Notes: a model not told the origin generated them from the sequence alone. Counted from the first letter of the stretch, positions 1 through 10,458 are shown. The stretch is 55,745 nt of DNA from an uncultured Candidatus Saccharibacteria bacterium (GCA_964581485.1 CAZOOQ010000001.1:8529-64273), one strand, 5' to 3'. Made by a program: numbers and translations.

Positions 1-1058
1 TTTTTGTTCGGCACTTCGATACCGACTGCTTTTTGCCCAGGAATCGGCGCTTCCATACGCAGCGAGCTCGCCGCGAGGTTGAGCGCGATATTGGTCTCGA
101 GCGCCGTGATGCGATTGAGCTTGATACCAGCTGGAGGTTTCAGAGTATACTGGGTGACTTTCGGGCCAATATTTGCGCCTTCCATCTCGACATCGATACT
201 AAATTCGCGCAACGTATCCTGGATGATATGGGCGTTTTGTTGGATATCGCCAGCGTCGGCTGGTGATTGCTTTTTCTCGAGGAGATCGAGCGCTGGGAAC
301 TTCCAATTTGGGTCGGTAACCGCCAGCATCGCGGCTTTTTCTTCGGCTTCTTTGTCAGGCTTGACGCTGTTGCGGAGGCTCGCGAGCCGGGCTTTCTTCT
401 GATCCTCTGGAGTGAGCATCGGGACACCAGCATTGAGTTTGAAGTCGCTGAGCGGCGTGCTCTGTTTGGTGTCTTCGGCAGCGGCTTTGCGCATCACCTC
501 AACATTTGCTTTGTCTTCGGCCTGAACGCCACGGCCAAACAGCCCGCCAATCCAACTAAAGACCGAGTCAAACGATATGCGCAACACAAATAATGTCGTC
601 ACGATGATGAGCAGAAGGTACAAAAACGCCGCCACTGGTACGTTGACCAGTGAAGTCATGAAGCTATTGAGCGTGTCACCCACGACGCCACCGGTCGTCG
701 CCTGGCCATCCTGGCGCAGTAGTCCAAATAGCCCAGCAAACCAAGCGATGAGCAGGAGCGAAGCGAATTTAATGACGAGCGGCAGCTTGTTGTTCTCGAC
801 ACGAAACACTGCGATACCAACGTAGACGGCGACAAACGGCAGTACATAGACTGCATAGCCGATAGTGCGCAGCGCAGCGTCACGGATGACCGTAAATACT
901 GGCCCACTGCCGCCAAACCATGACACGACGAGCAAGAATGAAAACGCAATCAACACGACTGCGAGCACTTGTGACCAAAAGCCCGTCGGCAACGTATGTT
1001 GCGGCGCGTCTGATTTTTTGCTTTTGCGTCCCCTATTTGCTGGTTTTTTTCTAGCCAT
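1..1058 (-). CDS. ftsK: DNA translocase FtsK, N-terminal part (runs off the window start)
   Basis: Manual translation from ATG at 1058: MARKKPANRGRKSKK, then several TM helices, then the alpha-domain motif VGPKVTQYTLKPPAGIKLNRITALETNIALNLAASSLRMEAPIPGQKAVGIEVPNK. Not in the ORF track because it has no stop inside the window. Confidence 0.93.
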   Translation of the reverse strand, partial: MARKKPANRGRKSKKSDAPQHTLPTGFWSQVLAVVLIAFSFLLVVSWFGGSGPVFTVIRDAALRTIGYAVYVLPFVAVYVGIAVFRVENNKLPLVIKFASLLLIAWFAGLFGLLRQDGQATTGGVVGDTLNSFMTSLVNVPVAAFLYLLLIIVTTLFVLRISFDSVFSWIGGLFGRGVQAEDKANVEVMRKAAAEDTKQSTPLSDFKLNAGVPMLTPEDQKKARLASLRNSVKPDKEAEEKAAMLAVTDPNWKFPALDLLEKKQSPADAGDIQQNAHIIQDTLREFSIDVEMEGANIGPKVTQYTLKPPAGIKLNRITALETNIALNLAASSLRMEAPIPGQKAVGIEVPNK

Positions 1059-1157
1059 AACTATTGTTCTATTGTACTCTGTTTGTTATCTGAAGAGTAT
1101 GGTTACATTGTAGCATAAATTACTACAAAATGCAAGAGTCGCTTATACTTATGGCAG

Positions 1158-1490
1158 CTACTCGTCGGTAGCCAAGGCATCTTTGAGTCGTAACTGTGAG
1201 CGGCGAACTGTTTTTGTGATGACACCACCGGGATTGCGACGATAGTAGATAATCGCTGACAACATCATACTGTAATAGAGTACCCATGAGGACGACACGG
1301 CAATCAAGACGGGGTTTTTGTGGCTAATAATATAGAGCAAGCAGATAAACTGCGACCCAAGCCAGCCACCCCAGGTGACTAGGTTCATCTCGTCAGATGA
1401 TTTTTTGCGAATAATCTCAATCAGCTGCGGTAGCCCAGCGGCAAGCTGCACGAAACAGGCGATTGAGTAAGCGATAGCGAGAAATTCCAT
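1158..1490 (-). CDS. PQ-loop / SemiSWEET-like small transporter
   Basis: 110 aa, three hydrophobic helices, GLPQLIEIIRKKSSDEMNL PQ-loop motif. Confidence 0.75.
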   Translation of the reverse strand: MEFLAIAYSIACFVQLAAGLPQLIEIIRKKSSDEMNLVTWGGWLGSQFICLLYIISHKNPVLIAVSSSWVLYYSMMLSAIIYYRRNPGGVITKTVRRSQLRLKDALATDE

Positions 1491-1538
1491 GATGTTTTTG
1501 TGTGTATGATTGTTTGTGTTAAAAGGTTACTGTTCTAC

Positions 1539-1567
1539 ATAGTAGCATAAGCTTTATAAAATGTCAA
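1539..1567 (-). promoter_or_regulatory. sigma70-type promoter of the PQ-loop gene
   Basis: Minus strand TTGACA-17 nt-TACTAT, with extended -10 TGC. Confidence 0.7.
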
Positions 1568-1587
1568 TAAGGTGGCGATGGATAAAC

Positions 1588-1616
1588 AAAAATAAGCTCC
1601 AGAGAGGAGCTTATTT
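1588..1616 (-). terminator. Intrinsic terminator after rnj
   Basis: AAATAAGCTCC-agaga-GGAGCTTATTT inverted repeat with a U-tract on the minus strand. Confidence 0.75.
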
Positions 1617-1636
1617 GTAGTGTTGAACGATAGCCT

Positions 1637-3778
1637 CTAGTAGCCGCGAGCTTCGGGCTGACTGCGCGGCACAGTGGCTTCGCTGTCAGGGATTTGCTTT
1701 GGTGGAAACTTGCGAGGTGCACGTGGCGACACACCGATAACGCGTGGCTGGCCGCCCTGTGTCTGCTGGTCGTCAGCACGACTCCCCTGCTGCTGCCTGC
1801 CGCTGTTGCCGCCACCGCCGATCTCGTTGATAACCGGGATGACGATTGGGGTGCGACGCGTCTGGTCATAGAGGATGTGCGTGACTTCGTCTTTGATTTC
1901 TTTCTTGATGACATCGAGGTCGTATTTGCCAGCAAAGGCACGTGCGGCTTTTTGCTTGAGATAGGCACGAATCATTCCCATGAGCTCTTCGCTGTCACGC
2001 AGATAGATAAACCCACGACTGATGATATCCGGACTGGTAAGAAGACGCCCTGTGCCACGCTGAATGGTCAGCACCACGACGAACATGCCTTCCATACTCA
2101 TGTGGATACGGTCTTTGAGTACAACTTCAGAGACAATTGCCCCGCTATCGTCGTACATAGTACCACCGACTGGGATGCGACCGACTTTTTTGGCACCTTC
2201 ATGATCGAACTCGATGATGTCGCCGGCGTCGCAGACAAAGATGTTTTTGCGTGGGATACCGCATTCTTTTTCGGCGAGGCGTGCGTTGTGCACGAGCATG
2301 TGGAATTCACCGTGATACGGGATGTAGTAGGTCGGATTGACCGCTTCGATGACGCGAATGTGGTCTTCGTAGTAGCCGTGCCCTGAAAGGTGGAGTGGAC
2401 CGACACCAGTCAAGTGAGTCTTGCCGCTCTGGATGATTTCGCCACCCTCACGCATCAGACCATCGACGGTGCGGACGACGAACTTTTCATTGCCCGGGAT
2501 TGGGTTGGAGCTAAATACCACGACATCGGTGTTCTTGATCTTGATGTACTTGTGCGCACCAGTGGCCATACGGTTAAGCACGGCGCTAAATTCACCCTGG
2601 CTTCCGGTACAGACGATGGTGATCTTGCTGTCAGGCAGCTTGATGAGGTCTTCCATCTTCATGACGGTGTCTTTTGGCACTTTGATAACCCCGGTACGCA
2701 GAGCGACTTCGAGGTTCTGAATCATGCTGTAGCCTGCAAAAGCAACTTTGCGACCGTGCTTTTGGGCTTCATCGAGGATGAGCTGCATACGGTGTAGCTG
2801 GCTCGAGAAGCTACTGATAATCACGCGGCTGTTTGGGTATTTTTCCATGACTTCACCCATGCTGTGCTGGATATCAAATTCGCTGTGATTGTGCGTGCCG
2901 TCTGATTCACAGTTGGTCGATTCGTTCAGGAAGACGAGGAAGCCTTCTTTTTGCTGAATCTCACTGATGCGCGGGAAGTCAAAGGCTTTGCCGTCGACAG
3001 GGTTGTCCTCGATACGCCAGTCACCACTGGCCAGAATATTGCCGACAGGGGTGCGGATGACGACTGCTGTAGCATCAGGAATCGAGTGATTTACCCGAAT
3101 CAGCTCGATGCTAAATGAATCACCGATCTGTACAATTTCGTGTGCTTCGGGGTTGAGCTCATTGTAGTCAGGCTCGTAGCTGCCATCAGTCTCCTCCATG
3201 GTGCGTTGGAGCATACCGATAGTGAATCTACTGGCAAAGACTGGAGCTGGAATGCGCGGCACGAGGTGACGAAACGCGCCGATATGGTCGAGGTGTCCAT
3301 GCGTGAAGACATGACCGCGAATACGATGCTTGTTTTCTTCGAGCCAGGTGATATCTGGGGTGATGTAGTTGATACCAGGATAGTCAGTACCTGGGAACAA
3401 GAAGCCCATGTCGATAACGAGGATGTCGTTGTCGTACTCGATAGCCGTCATGTTCTTGCCGATACCCATCTCGCCAACGCCACCGATAGGAATGATTTTC
3501 AGGGTTGGGCGTGGAGCGCGTGAGCGCTTGGGCTGGTCGGCCAGGCTAAATTGCTTGCCATCGTAGCCGTTGTAGATAGATTTGTTCACCGGCACATTGA
3601 TGATGTGTTGGCTCGCCTGCATGTTGACGCCCTCGGAGGTGCGTCGCTGCGCACGAAATACTTCACCCTTGCGTGTGGTCGTGGCGTTGAGTACGCTGTT
3701 GTTTGATTTTTGCTTGGCCTGCATCGGCCGTTTTGAGGCATCGTCTGCCTGAGGTTTTGAGAGTCTTCGTTGACCCAT
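1637..3778 (-). CDS. rnj: Ribonuclease J
   Basis: PIGGVGEMGIGKNM, THGHLDHIG metallo-beta-lactamase motif, HSIPD, GSQGE, HLSGH, PYHGE. Confidence 0.96.
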   Translation of the reverse strand: MGQRRLSKPQADDASKRPMQAKQKSNNSVLNATTTRKGEVFRAQRRTSEGVNMQASQHIINVPVNKSIYNGYDGKQFSLADQPKRSRAPRPTLKIIPIGGVGEMGIGKNMTAIEYDNDILVIDMGFLFPGTDYPGINYITPDITWLEENKHRIRGHVFTHGHLDHIGAFRHLVPRIPAPVFASRFTIGMLQRTMEETDGSYEPDYNELNPEAHEIVQIGDSFSIELIRVNHSIPDATAVVIRTPVGNILASGDWRIEDNPVDGKAFDFPRISEIQQKEGFLVFLNESTNCESDGTHNHSEFDIQHSMGEVMEKYPNSRVIISSFSSQLHRMQLILDEAQKHGRKVAFAGYSMIQNLEVALRTGVIKVPKDTVMKMEDLIKLPDSKITIVCTGSQGEFSAVLNRMATGAHKYIKIKNTDVVVFSSNPIPGNEKFVVRTVDGLMREGGEIIQSGKTHLTGVGPLHLSGHGYYEDHIRVIEAVNPTYYIPYHGEFHMLVHNARLAEKECGIPRKNIFVCDAGDIIEFDHEGAKKVGRIPVGGTMYDDSGAIVSEVVLKDRIHMSMEGMFVVVLTIQRGTGRLLTSPDIISRGFIYLRDSEELMGMIRAYLKQKAARAFAGKYDLDVIKKEIKDEVTHILYDQTRRTPIVIPVINEIGGGGNSGRQQQGSRADDQQTQGGQPRVIGVSPRAPRKFPPKQIPDSEATVPRSQPEARGY

Positions 3779-3889
3779 AAATTATTTTTCTCCTTTTAGA
3801 TTGTATAAATAATTTCAAAGTAATATTGATAAGACAAGAGAGGTGTACTGGATGAGAAAAGTCTGTCCCCTCTCTTTGCTGTTAGATGT

Positions 3890-3918
3890 ATTGTAATAAA
3901 AAGTACCGAAAATTGCAA
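3890..3918 (-). promoter_or_regulatory. sigma70-type promoter of rnj
   Basis: Minus strand TTGCAA-17 nt-TACAAT. Confidence 0.6.
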
Positions 3919-4041
3919 CTATCAGTGCCACACTAATCCGTACTGCCAAACAACACAAAATAGTGAAAAATATTGCATCGCTCCATGCGGGCCACTAGTA
4001 CAGTAATCCCTAACATCAGTTGAATACAAGGAGTTACATAC

Positions 4042-4233
4042 ATGGCAGACGTCATCGTGGAAAAAGAAGGCAATAGCAGCAATAGTGGAGTTATCGTAGC
4101 AATCGTGGCAATCGTGCTACTTGTGCTTGCAGCGATCTATTTCCTCCCGATGCTCATGAACGGCAACAATACAGCCGCTCCAGCACCGGCGGTACCAGCA
4201 CCTACCGTTACTACGCCTACCCCCGCACCATAG
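4042..4233 (+). CDS. Small single-pass membrane protein with Pro/Ala/Thr tail
   Basis: AAGGAG SD upstream, one clear TM helix, followed by a hairpin at 4252-4278. Confidence 0.75.
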   Translation: MADVIVEKEGNSSNSGVIVAIVAIVLLVLAAIYFLPMLMNGNNTAAPAPAVPAPTVTTPTPAP

Positions 4234-4305
4234 CTACAGTAGTCAACTCGTGATTACCCCGCGAGAAGTGGGTAGTCTTCCCTATCTTACCAAATACCTG
4301 CTCCG

Positions 4306-6966
4306 TTATCGGTGTAGGTATTTTGTGTAGCGCTGCCTATACAGCAGGCACGTAGCGATGAGTATACTACAGATGGCAACTGCACCGCTAGCATATAGGC
4401 TTGCACCAGCCGCAGCTAAGTTGCCGCTATCTGCTTGAGAATCTTCTGTCGCTGGCGCTCCAGCGATCGTGAGTGTCTGTGTAATCGTCGATGTATTGCC
4501 TGCTACATCGATAGCAGTGATGAGCACGCTATACTCACCAGCAGCGAGCGGTACCAAAGCACCAGCGGCAAGCACCCAGGTTCCATCGCCGTTGTTTGTG
4601 GCCTCGTAATTCACACCGTTTACAGTGACTTGTACTGTTGCGCCTGGTTCAGATATGGTACCGCTGAGCTGAGGTGAAGCACTTGTGGACTGAGTCGTGC
4701 TCAAGTCGACAGTTGGCTGGAGGGTGTCGATAGTGATAGTTAGAGAAGGAGACGCTTGTGAGGTGCTGCCCCTCACATTAGTTTCAGTGTAATAGAATAT
4801 GTGAGAGCCGTCTTCAAGCGGACCAACTGTCACCTCTAATGCTCCCGCCATATGACAGGTGGCCGTCTCGTATGCAATCGTGTTGACATAGAGGGTCAGT
4901 GTCGTATCGGTAGCACAACAGATGAGCACTAGTGTAAGAGTGCTGCGATTGGTGATATTGTCACCGATGCCACTAGTATCAGAGTCTTCATGCAAACCAG
5001 GTGCATTACTAGGAGTAGCCGGAGGGTCATTGTCAGTCCACTGAGCGTAGAGTGCCATGTCACCATTCATCGTGATAGTGCTACCAGAAGCATACTGAGT
5101 GCCAGAACCGTCAGCGACAGTATTCCAGCCAGCAAAGCTGTAGCCTGTCTTTGCGAGTGTGCCGGCAGTTGCAGCAGTAGTGGTCGAACCGGCGGCGTAT
5201 GACTCGCTAGCCGGAGGAACGGTGCCGCTCGTATTACCATTGCCGCTGTAGCTAAGTATATACAGGTCGTTGATCGTAAAGGTAAACGTCTTGTCCATTA
5301 TTTCTCCGACAGCATTGGTGATACGAACACAGACGGTGAGCGTCGGGATGACTTCGTAGTCAGGAGATGCGACGAGCGACAGTTCGTCGTTGCTGGCGCC
5401 AGTGATGGCAAACATACTGTCGTGAGTACCCCTGGTGGTACAGGTGAAAGTGTACGTAAATGCCTTGTCGCCCTCGGGTACAGTATCGATAGTCGTAAGC
5501 GTGCCAAGTATATAAGGAGTGGTGCTTGAGGCAGCCGTATTCTCTTCCACACTGGTAGATCCTGTGAAGGTCATCGCTGTTGGTGCGTAGGCAGCACAGT
5601 TCTGTCCGGCATCTGTGATGGTCCAGCCGTAGGTACTGATGATGCTGGCGCGTTCAGCGCTGGCTAGACAGTAGGTTCGTCCTTGCGCGCCAAGGGATAC
5701 GCTTGGCTTAAGTGTTTGCGTACTCCATGCCTTGAGGGTGGCGTCGTAGTTAGGGGTGGAGATGGCGGAGTTATTAAGCATATACACAGCAAGTGCCACT
5801 TTGGATATATTCCAGTTCGCTAGCGATTGGTTGAAGCTTCTGGCGCCGTTGAACGCATAGCTCATATCGGTAACCTTGCCTGTGTCCCAAGAGCCGATGG
5901 GTTGGTTGAAGCTGGTGGCGCTGGAGAGTATGGCATACATATTAGCTACGCTGCCTGTGTCCCAAGAGCCGATGGGTTGGTTGAAGCTGGTGGCGTTGGC
6001 GAACATACTAAGCATACTAGTGACATTGGTGGTATTCCAGTTTAGCGGTGCGGTAGAGTTGCCAGCTGGCTGGCCGTTGTTGAAGGCTGAGGCGTTGGTG
6101 AACATATTGCTCATACTCGTGACATTGGCAGTGTCCCAAGAGCCGATGGGTTGGTTGAAGCTGGTGGCGTTGGCGAACATACTAAGCATACTAGTGACAT
6201 TGGTGGTATTCCAGTTTAGCGGTGCGGTAGAGTTGCCAGCTGGCTGGCCGTTGTTGAAGGCTGAGGCGTTGGTGAACATGCCGCTCATATTAATAACCTT
6301 GCCTGTGTCCCAAGAGCCGATGGGCTAGTTGAAGTTAGTGGCGCCGGAAAACATACTGCTCATATCGGCAATACTGCTCGTCTCCCAGTTCCAGCTAGCG
6401 TTCTCACCAATGAGGTTCGTAGTGCCTGTAAACATTGTGCTCAAACTGGTGGCACTAGTGAGATTCGGCGTGTCGGTAGCCACGACATCCATGTTTGCAG
6501 TGCCATAAAAGGCACTTTGCATGCTCGCCCAGATACCCGTACCCCATTGGTTGATCTGGAGAAGCTTGAGACGGTCATTGGCATTATTATTCGCGAAATA
6601 TATACGCGGGAAAGTGCCGCCGATACGAACAGTATACGTGCCGGCTGTGGCATAGTTGCAAGTATAACTGCCTGTCTGTCCGCTAGCGTCGACTACGCCG
6701 TCATTGTTGCAGTCGACTGTATAATTGTACCCAGTGCCAGTCGTCGGGATGCGAAACTGTGTCGCACCAGAGCTACCGGTACTGAGGTTGTCGGTCTTGA
6801 CAGTGATGACGAAGTCAGTGGTATTGATCGCATCGGCTTTGACGCGAGTGGTCAGTTGGCCAGATAGCAGTACTGCTGCGAGTCCTACGACAATCGCAGT
6901 GCTAGCGATAGCTATTTTTAATACGATGCTGTGTTGAATAAATGATTTTTGTATTACGATACCCAC
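4306..6966 (-). pseudogene. BspA/DUF285-repeat surface protein (cadherin-like, InlB B-repeat and Ig-like domains, C-terminal anchor) interrupted by an in-frame TAG at 6325-6327
   Basis: ORFs 6325..6966 and 4306..6288 are in the same frame. The junction reads FN*PIGSWDTG where sister repeats read FNQPIGSWDT. N-terminal signal/TM; C-terminal LAAAG + TM + basic tail. Confidence 0.85.
5957..6279. repeat. Intragenic tandem duplication, 174-nt period
   Basis: 5957-6105 and 6131-6279 are identical by eye; partial further copies start near 5882 and 6305. Confidence 0.9.
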
Positions 6967-7058
6967 GTCAGTCCCCTCTTTGTTTTTGTAGAGTTGCTAG
7001 AGATTATACTACATGGAGTATATAAGCTCAAGCGTATAGGGCTGTCGCGACGAGTACT

Positions 7059-7637
7059 CTAGCTACCTGCCTTTCCGAAATTTTTTGTCATGTTTATAAA
7101 ATCTTCCATAAGTACGGTGCGCATGGAGCCGTTATAGAGTGCGGCTGCGGGGTGATAGAGCGGCACGATAAGGAGCTCTCGGTCGTGGCAGCGAACGGTG
7201 CGTGGCTTGCCGTGATCGCGTGATATCTGTAAATCTGGGATGAAATATGCCCCACTGTGTCGACCAAGCGTCACGATAACTTTCGGCTGGATAATGTCGA
7301 GTTGCTGGAGGAGATACGGCCAAAAGGCCTTTTTCTCCTCGGGCAGTGGGTCGCGGTTGTTTGGCGGGCGGTACTTGACGATATTGGTGATGTAGACGCC
7401 TTCCCTGTTCATGCCTGCTGCTGCGAGCATTTCATCCAAGAATTTCCCGCTCGCACCGACAAATGGCCGGCCCTGGATGTCTTCTTGCTTGCCGGGCGCT
7501 TCGCCGATGAAGACAATGTCAGCATCGAGATTCCCCTCACCCAAGACGAGTTGTGTCGCTTGGTCGCCCAGCTCAGGACACACTACAGCCGCTAAAAGCT
7601 GCTGCTCGAGTACGTCCATCTGCTGACGCTTGGTCAC
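7059..7637 (-). CDS. udg: Uracil-DNA glycosylase, family 4
   Basis: GEAPG, GRPFVG, RPPNNRDP and YHPAA motifs. Confidence 0.93.
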   Translation of the reverse strand: MTKRQQMDVLEQQLLAAVVCPELGDQATQLVLGEGNLDADIVFIGEAPGKQEDIQGRPFVGASGKFLDEMLAAAGMNREGVYITNIVKYRPPNNRDPLPEEKKAFWPYLLQQLDIIQPKVIVTLGRHSGAYFIPDLQISRDHGKPRTVRCHDRELLIVPLYHPAAALYNGSMRTVLMEDFINMTKNFGKAGS

Positions 7638-7651
7638 AAGAGAAATAGTCC

Positions 7652-7810
7652 CTATTTCTTTTTCTTGCCGTTTTCGCCGACCGGCTTGGTATCAAATTTA
7701 CTCAACACCCAGCCGACTATTACTGGCAGTAGCCATGCGAGCAGCTGCTGCACTCTCGGATTGCGCAGCAGTGAACCGATTTTTTGTACTTTAGAATTAG
7801 TTGTTGCCAT
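7652..7810 (-). CDS. 52-aa small membrane-associated protein (below ORF-track cutoff)
   Basis: MATTNSKVQKIGSLLRNPRVQQLLAWLLPVIVGWVLSKFDTKPVGENGKKKK; TAGAAT 7 nt before the ATG; fills the gap between neighbours. Confidence 0.65.
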   Translation of the reverse strand: MATTNSKVQKIGSLLRNPRVQQLLAWLLPVIVGWVLSKFDTKPVGENGKKKK

Positions 7811-7863
7811 ATCGTTTATTCTAGCTCATGATTTCGTGGGAATCTGTAATGATTTTCACCAAT

Positions 7864-8181
7864 TTAATGCAGCATGAGGTATGAGAACACATCTGGAAAG
7901 AAAACTTTGAGAATCATAAAGAAAATAAACAATGCCCCAACCATGCCGTAGACGATAAGGCGATGCTTTTTTCCTCTAGCACTGTCGTCACGAGCCGCGG
8001 CTACAACCCCAAAGCGCATCATCCAAATCACTGCACCGCACACTACTGCCCAGGCCAGTATGCCAGGTACATCATCGCCACTAAACTGGTAGCCTTTAGC
8101 AGCTGCGGCCACCAGCGCATTCGCCACCAGAATTGCGACGACAATCCACCCGGGGTTTACTGAGCGCGTGAGCCAAGACAT
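7864..8181 (-). CDS. Hypothetical membrane protein (3 TM)
   Basis: 105 aa hydrophobic ORF directly after pnp, with GAGG upstream. Confidence 0.7.
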   Translation of the reverse strand: MSWLTRSVNPGWIVVAILVANALVAAAAKGYQFSGDDVPGILAWAVVCGAVIWMMRFGVVAAARDDSARGKKHRLIVYGMVGALFIFFMILKVFFPDVFSYLMLH

Positions 8182-8199
8182 CGTTACATGACCTCTCTT

Positions 8200-10320
8200 C
8201 TACTTTTGCTCAACACCCTTCATAGTGAGACTCAGGCGGCCGCGCTCGTCGATACCGCTGAGGAGGACGTTCACCATTTGGCCTTCTGTGAGAACATCCG
8301 TCACATTCTCGACGCGTGCGTCAGAGATTTGTGAGATGTGCAGCATGCCGTCGGTGCCAGGCATGATGTTTACAAAGGCACCAAAGTCTTTGATAGTGAC
8401 GACTTTGCCCGTGTAAATCTTGCCAACTTCTGGCTCTTCGGTCAGGCCGCGAATCCATTCGAGGGCGCGCTCGATACTCTCGGTATCGTTGCTCGCAACC
8501 GTGATAAGACCGTCGTCCTTGATATCAATCATGGCGCCAGTCTCGCTGGTAATCTTGTTGATAGTTTCGCCACCCTTACCGATGACCGCACCGATCTTCT
8601 CTGGGTTGATCTTGATCTTTTCGATACGTGGTGCGTATGGACTGAGCGCTTCGCGTGGTGCACTGATAGTCTCGACCATGTGCTTCAGGATATGCGTGCG
8701 ACCGGGAGTCGACTGCTTGATTGCATCGGCCAATACTTCGACAGGTAGACCGTGGACTTTCATGTCCATCTGAACAGCCGTGATGCCTTTTTCGGTACCG
8801 GTGACCTTGAAGTCCATATCGCCTGCGAAATCTTCAGCATCAGCGATGTCGCTGAGCACATAGTGCTTGTCGCCGTCGACCATCAGACCCATGGCGATAC
8901 CCGCGACTGGTCGCTTGAGCGGCACACCAGCGTCCATGAGGGCGAGGGTTGAACTACAGGTAGCGGCCATACTGGTCGAACCGTTCTGGCTCATGATTTC
9001 AGTGACGCTACGGATAGCGTATGGGAATTCTTCTTCGGTTGGCAACACTGGGATGAGTGCACGCTCGGCAAGGTAGCCGTGGCCAATTTCGCGGCGGCCT
9101 GGGCTACCGAGGCGACGCACTTCGCCGACCGTGTAGCCTGGGGCATTGTAGTGGTGCATGTAGCGGCGTTCGCCGTCGGTGACTTCCATGGTATCGACGA
9201 TTTGCGCATAGCTGAGTGGCGCGAGCGTGACGATATTCATGCCCTGCGTCACACCACGAGTGAACAGACCCGAGCCGTGGGCGCGCGGCAAGAAGCCAAC
9301 TTCGCTACTGAGCACACGGATTTCGTCGAGCTTGCGGCCATCTGGGCGCAGCCCTTCCTCGACGATGCCACGACGCACGTCTTTGTGGAGCGCCATGGTG
9401 AAGGCCTCGTCGTATTCATCGCGAAGTTTGGCGTAGTCTTCTTCGCCAACCTTCTCGGTCATGTCAGCGTGGAACGCCCAGCGCAGTTCGTTGACGACAT
9501 TGTTGCGCTCTGGGTAGTCTTTGCGGATGTCTGAACCAAATTTGCCGTCGACCCATGAGTCGACTGCCTTTTGGATGTCTTCGTTTGGTAGGACTAGCTC
9601 GAACTCTTGTGCGACTGGCGCGACTTTTTCGGCCAGTTCACGCTGCAATTTGATGGCTGGCTGGAGGGCTTTATATGCCCATTCCATCGCGGCGACCAGT
9701 GTGTCTTCAGAGACTTCGTTTGCGCCGGCTTCGACCATGGTGATACCACTCTCGATACCCGCTACGACGAGGTCGAGGTCGCTTTGTTCGCGCTCTTCTG
9801 GGTTTAGAAATGCTTTGAATTCGCCGTTGACCTGACCGACGCGTAGTCCGGCGACTGGGCCATCAAATGGCGTACCAGTGAGCATGAGCGCGGCGCTCGC
9901 AGCGATCATGGCGACCATGTCGGGACGGAAGTTTGGATCCATACTCAGCACACTGCTGACGACTTGGACCTCTTGGCGATAACCCTTTGGAAATAGTGGT
10001 CGAATCGGACGGTCGATGAGACGGCCGATCAAAATCGCTTCGTCGCTCGGACGGCCTTCGCGCTTGATGAAACGGCTACCACTGATCTTGCCGGCTGCAT
10101 ACATTTTTTCTTCATAGTCGATGCTGAGCGGGAAATAGTCCATCATGACTGGTCGTGAACCGACCTGCACGCTACCGAGGACGACCGTGTCGCCGTACGT
10201 CACCAGCACGCTAGCGGTGGTACGAAATCCAACACGGTTGACTTCGAGTGTGAGCGGTTTGCCGCATAGTTCAGTGGTAACAGAAATAATATCCTTGCCA
10301 CTAGGGTTGATAATTGACAT
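8200..10320 (-). CDS. pnp: Polyribonucleotide nucleotidyltransferase (PNPase)
   Basis: RLIDRPIRPLF, RREIGHG, GDMDFKV, KH and S1 domains. Confidence 0.97.
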   Translation of the reverse strand: MSIINPSGKDIISVTTELCGKPLTLEVNRVGFRTTASVLVTYGDTVVLGSVQVGSRPVMMDYFPLSIDYEEKMYAAGKISGSRFIKREGRPSDEAILIGRLIDRPIRPLFPKGYRQEVQVVSSVLSMDPNFRPDMVAMIAASAALMLTGTPFDGPVAGLRVGQVNGEFKAFLNPEEREQSDLDLVVAGIESGITMVEAGANEVSEDTLVAAMEWAYKALQPAIKLQRELAEKVAPVAQEFELVLPNEDIQKAVDSWVDGKFGSDIRKDYPERNNVVNELRWAFHADMTEKVGEEDYAKLRDEYDEAFTMALHKDVRRGIVEEGLRPDGRKLDEIRVLSSEVGFLPRAHGSGLFTRGVTQGMNIVTLAPLSYAQIVDTMEVTDGERRYMHHYNAPGYTVGEVRRLGSPGRREIGHGYLAERALIPVLPTEEEFPYAIRSVTEIMSQNGSTSMAATCSSTLALMDAGVPLKRPVAGIAMGLMVDGDKHYVLSDIADAEDFAGDMDFKVTGTEKGITAVQMDMKVHGLPVEVLADAIKQSTPGRTHILKHMVETISAPREALSPYAPRIEKIKINPEKIGAVIGKGGETINKITSETGAMIDIKDDGLITVASNDTESIERALEWIRGLTEEPEVGKIYTGKVVTIKDFGAFVNIMPGTDGMLHISQISDARVENVTDVLTEGQMVNVLLSGIDERGRLSLTMKGVEQK

Positions 10321-10458
10321 TGTATGTCTCCTTTCATGTGAGCGTAGAGAGTAACAGGGAGAAACTTTCTTACAAATAGAAAACTTCTATCTATCACCAT
10401 CTACACATTGTTCGATTCTCATTATATCACGCGCTCAACAATTTTATTTGTGCGGGGA

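Noticed and set aside
5880-6325. CRISPR array
   Set aside because: The repeats are in-frame coding units with a 174-nt period and no unique spacers; no cas genes are present.
6325-6327. Genome-wide TAG-to-Gln recoding or genetic code 25
   Set aside because: Conserved genes end at expected positions with TAG (rpsO, pnp, argS) and TGA (pyrG, orn), and long genes have no other internal stops.
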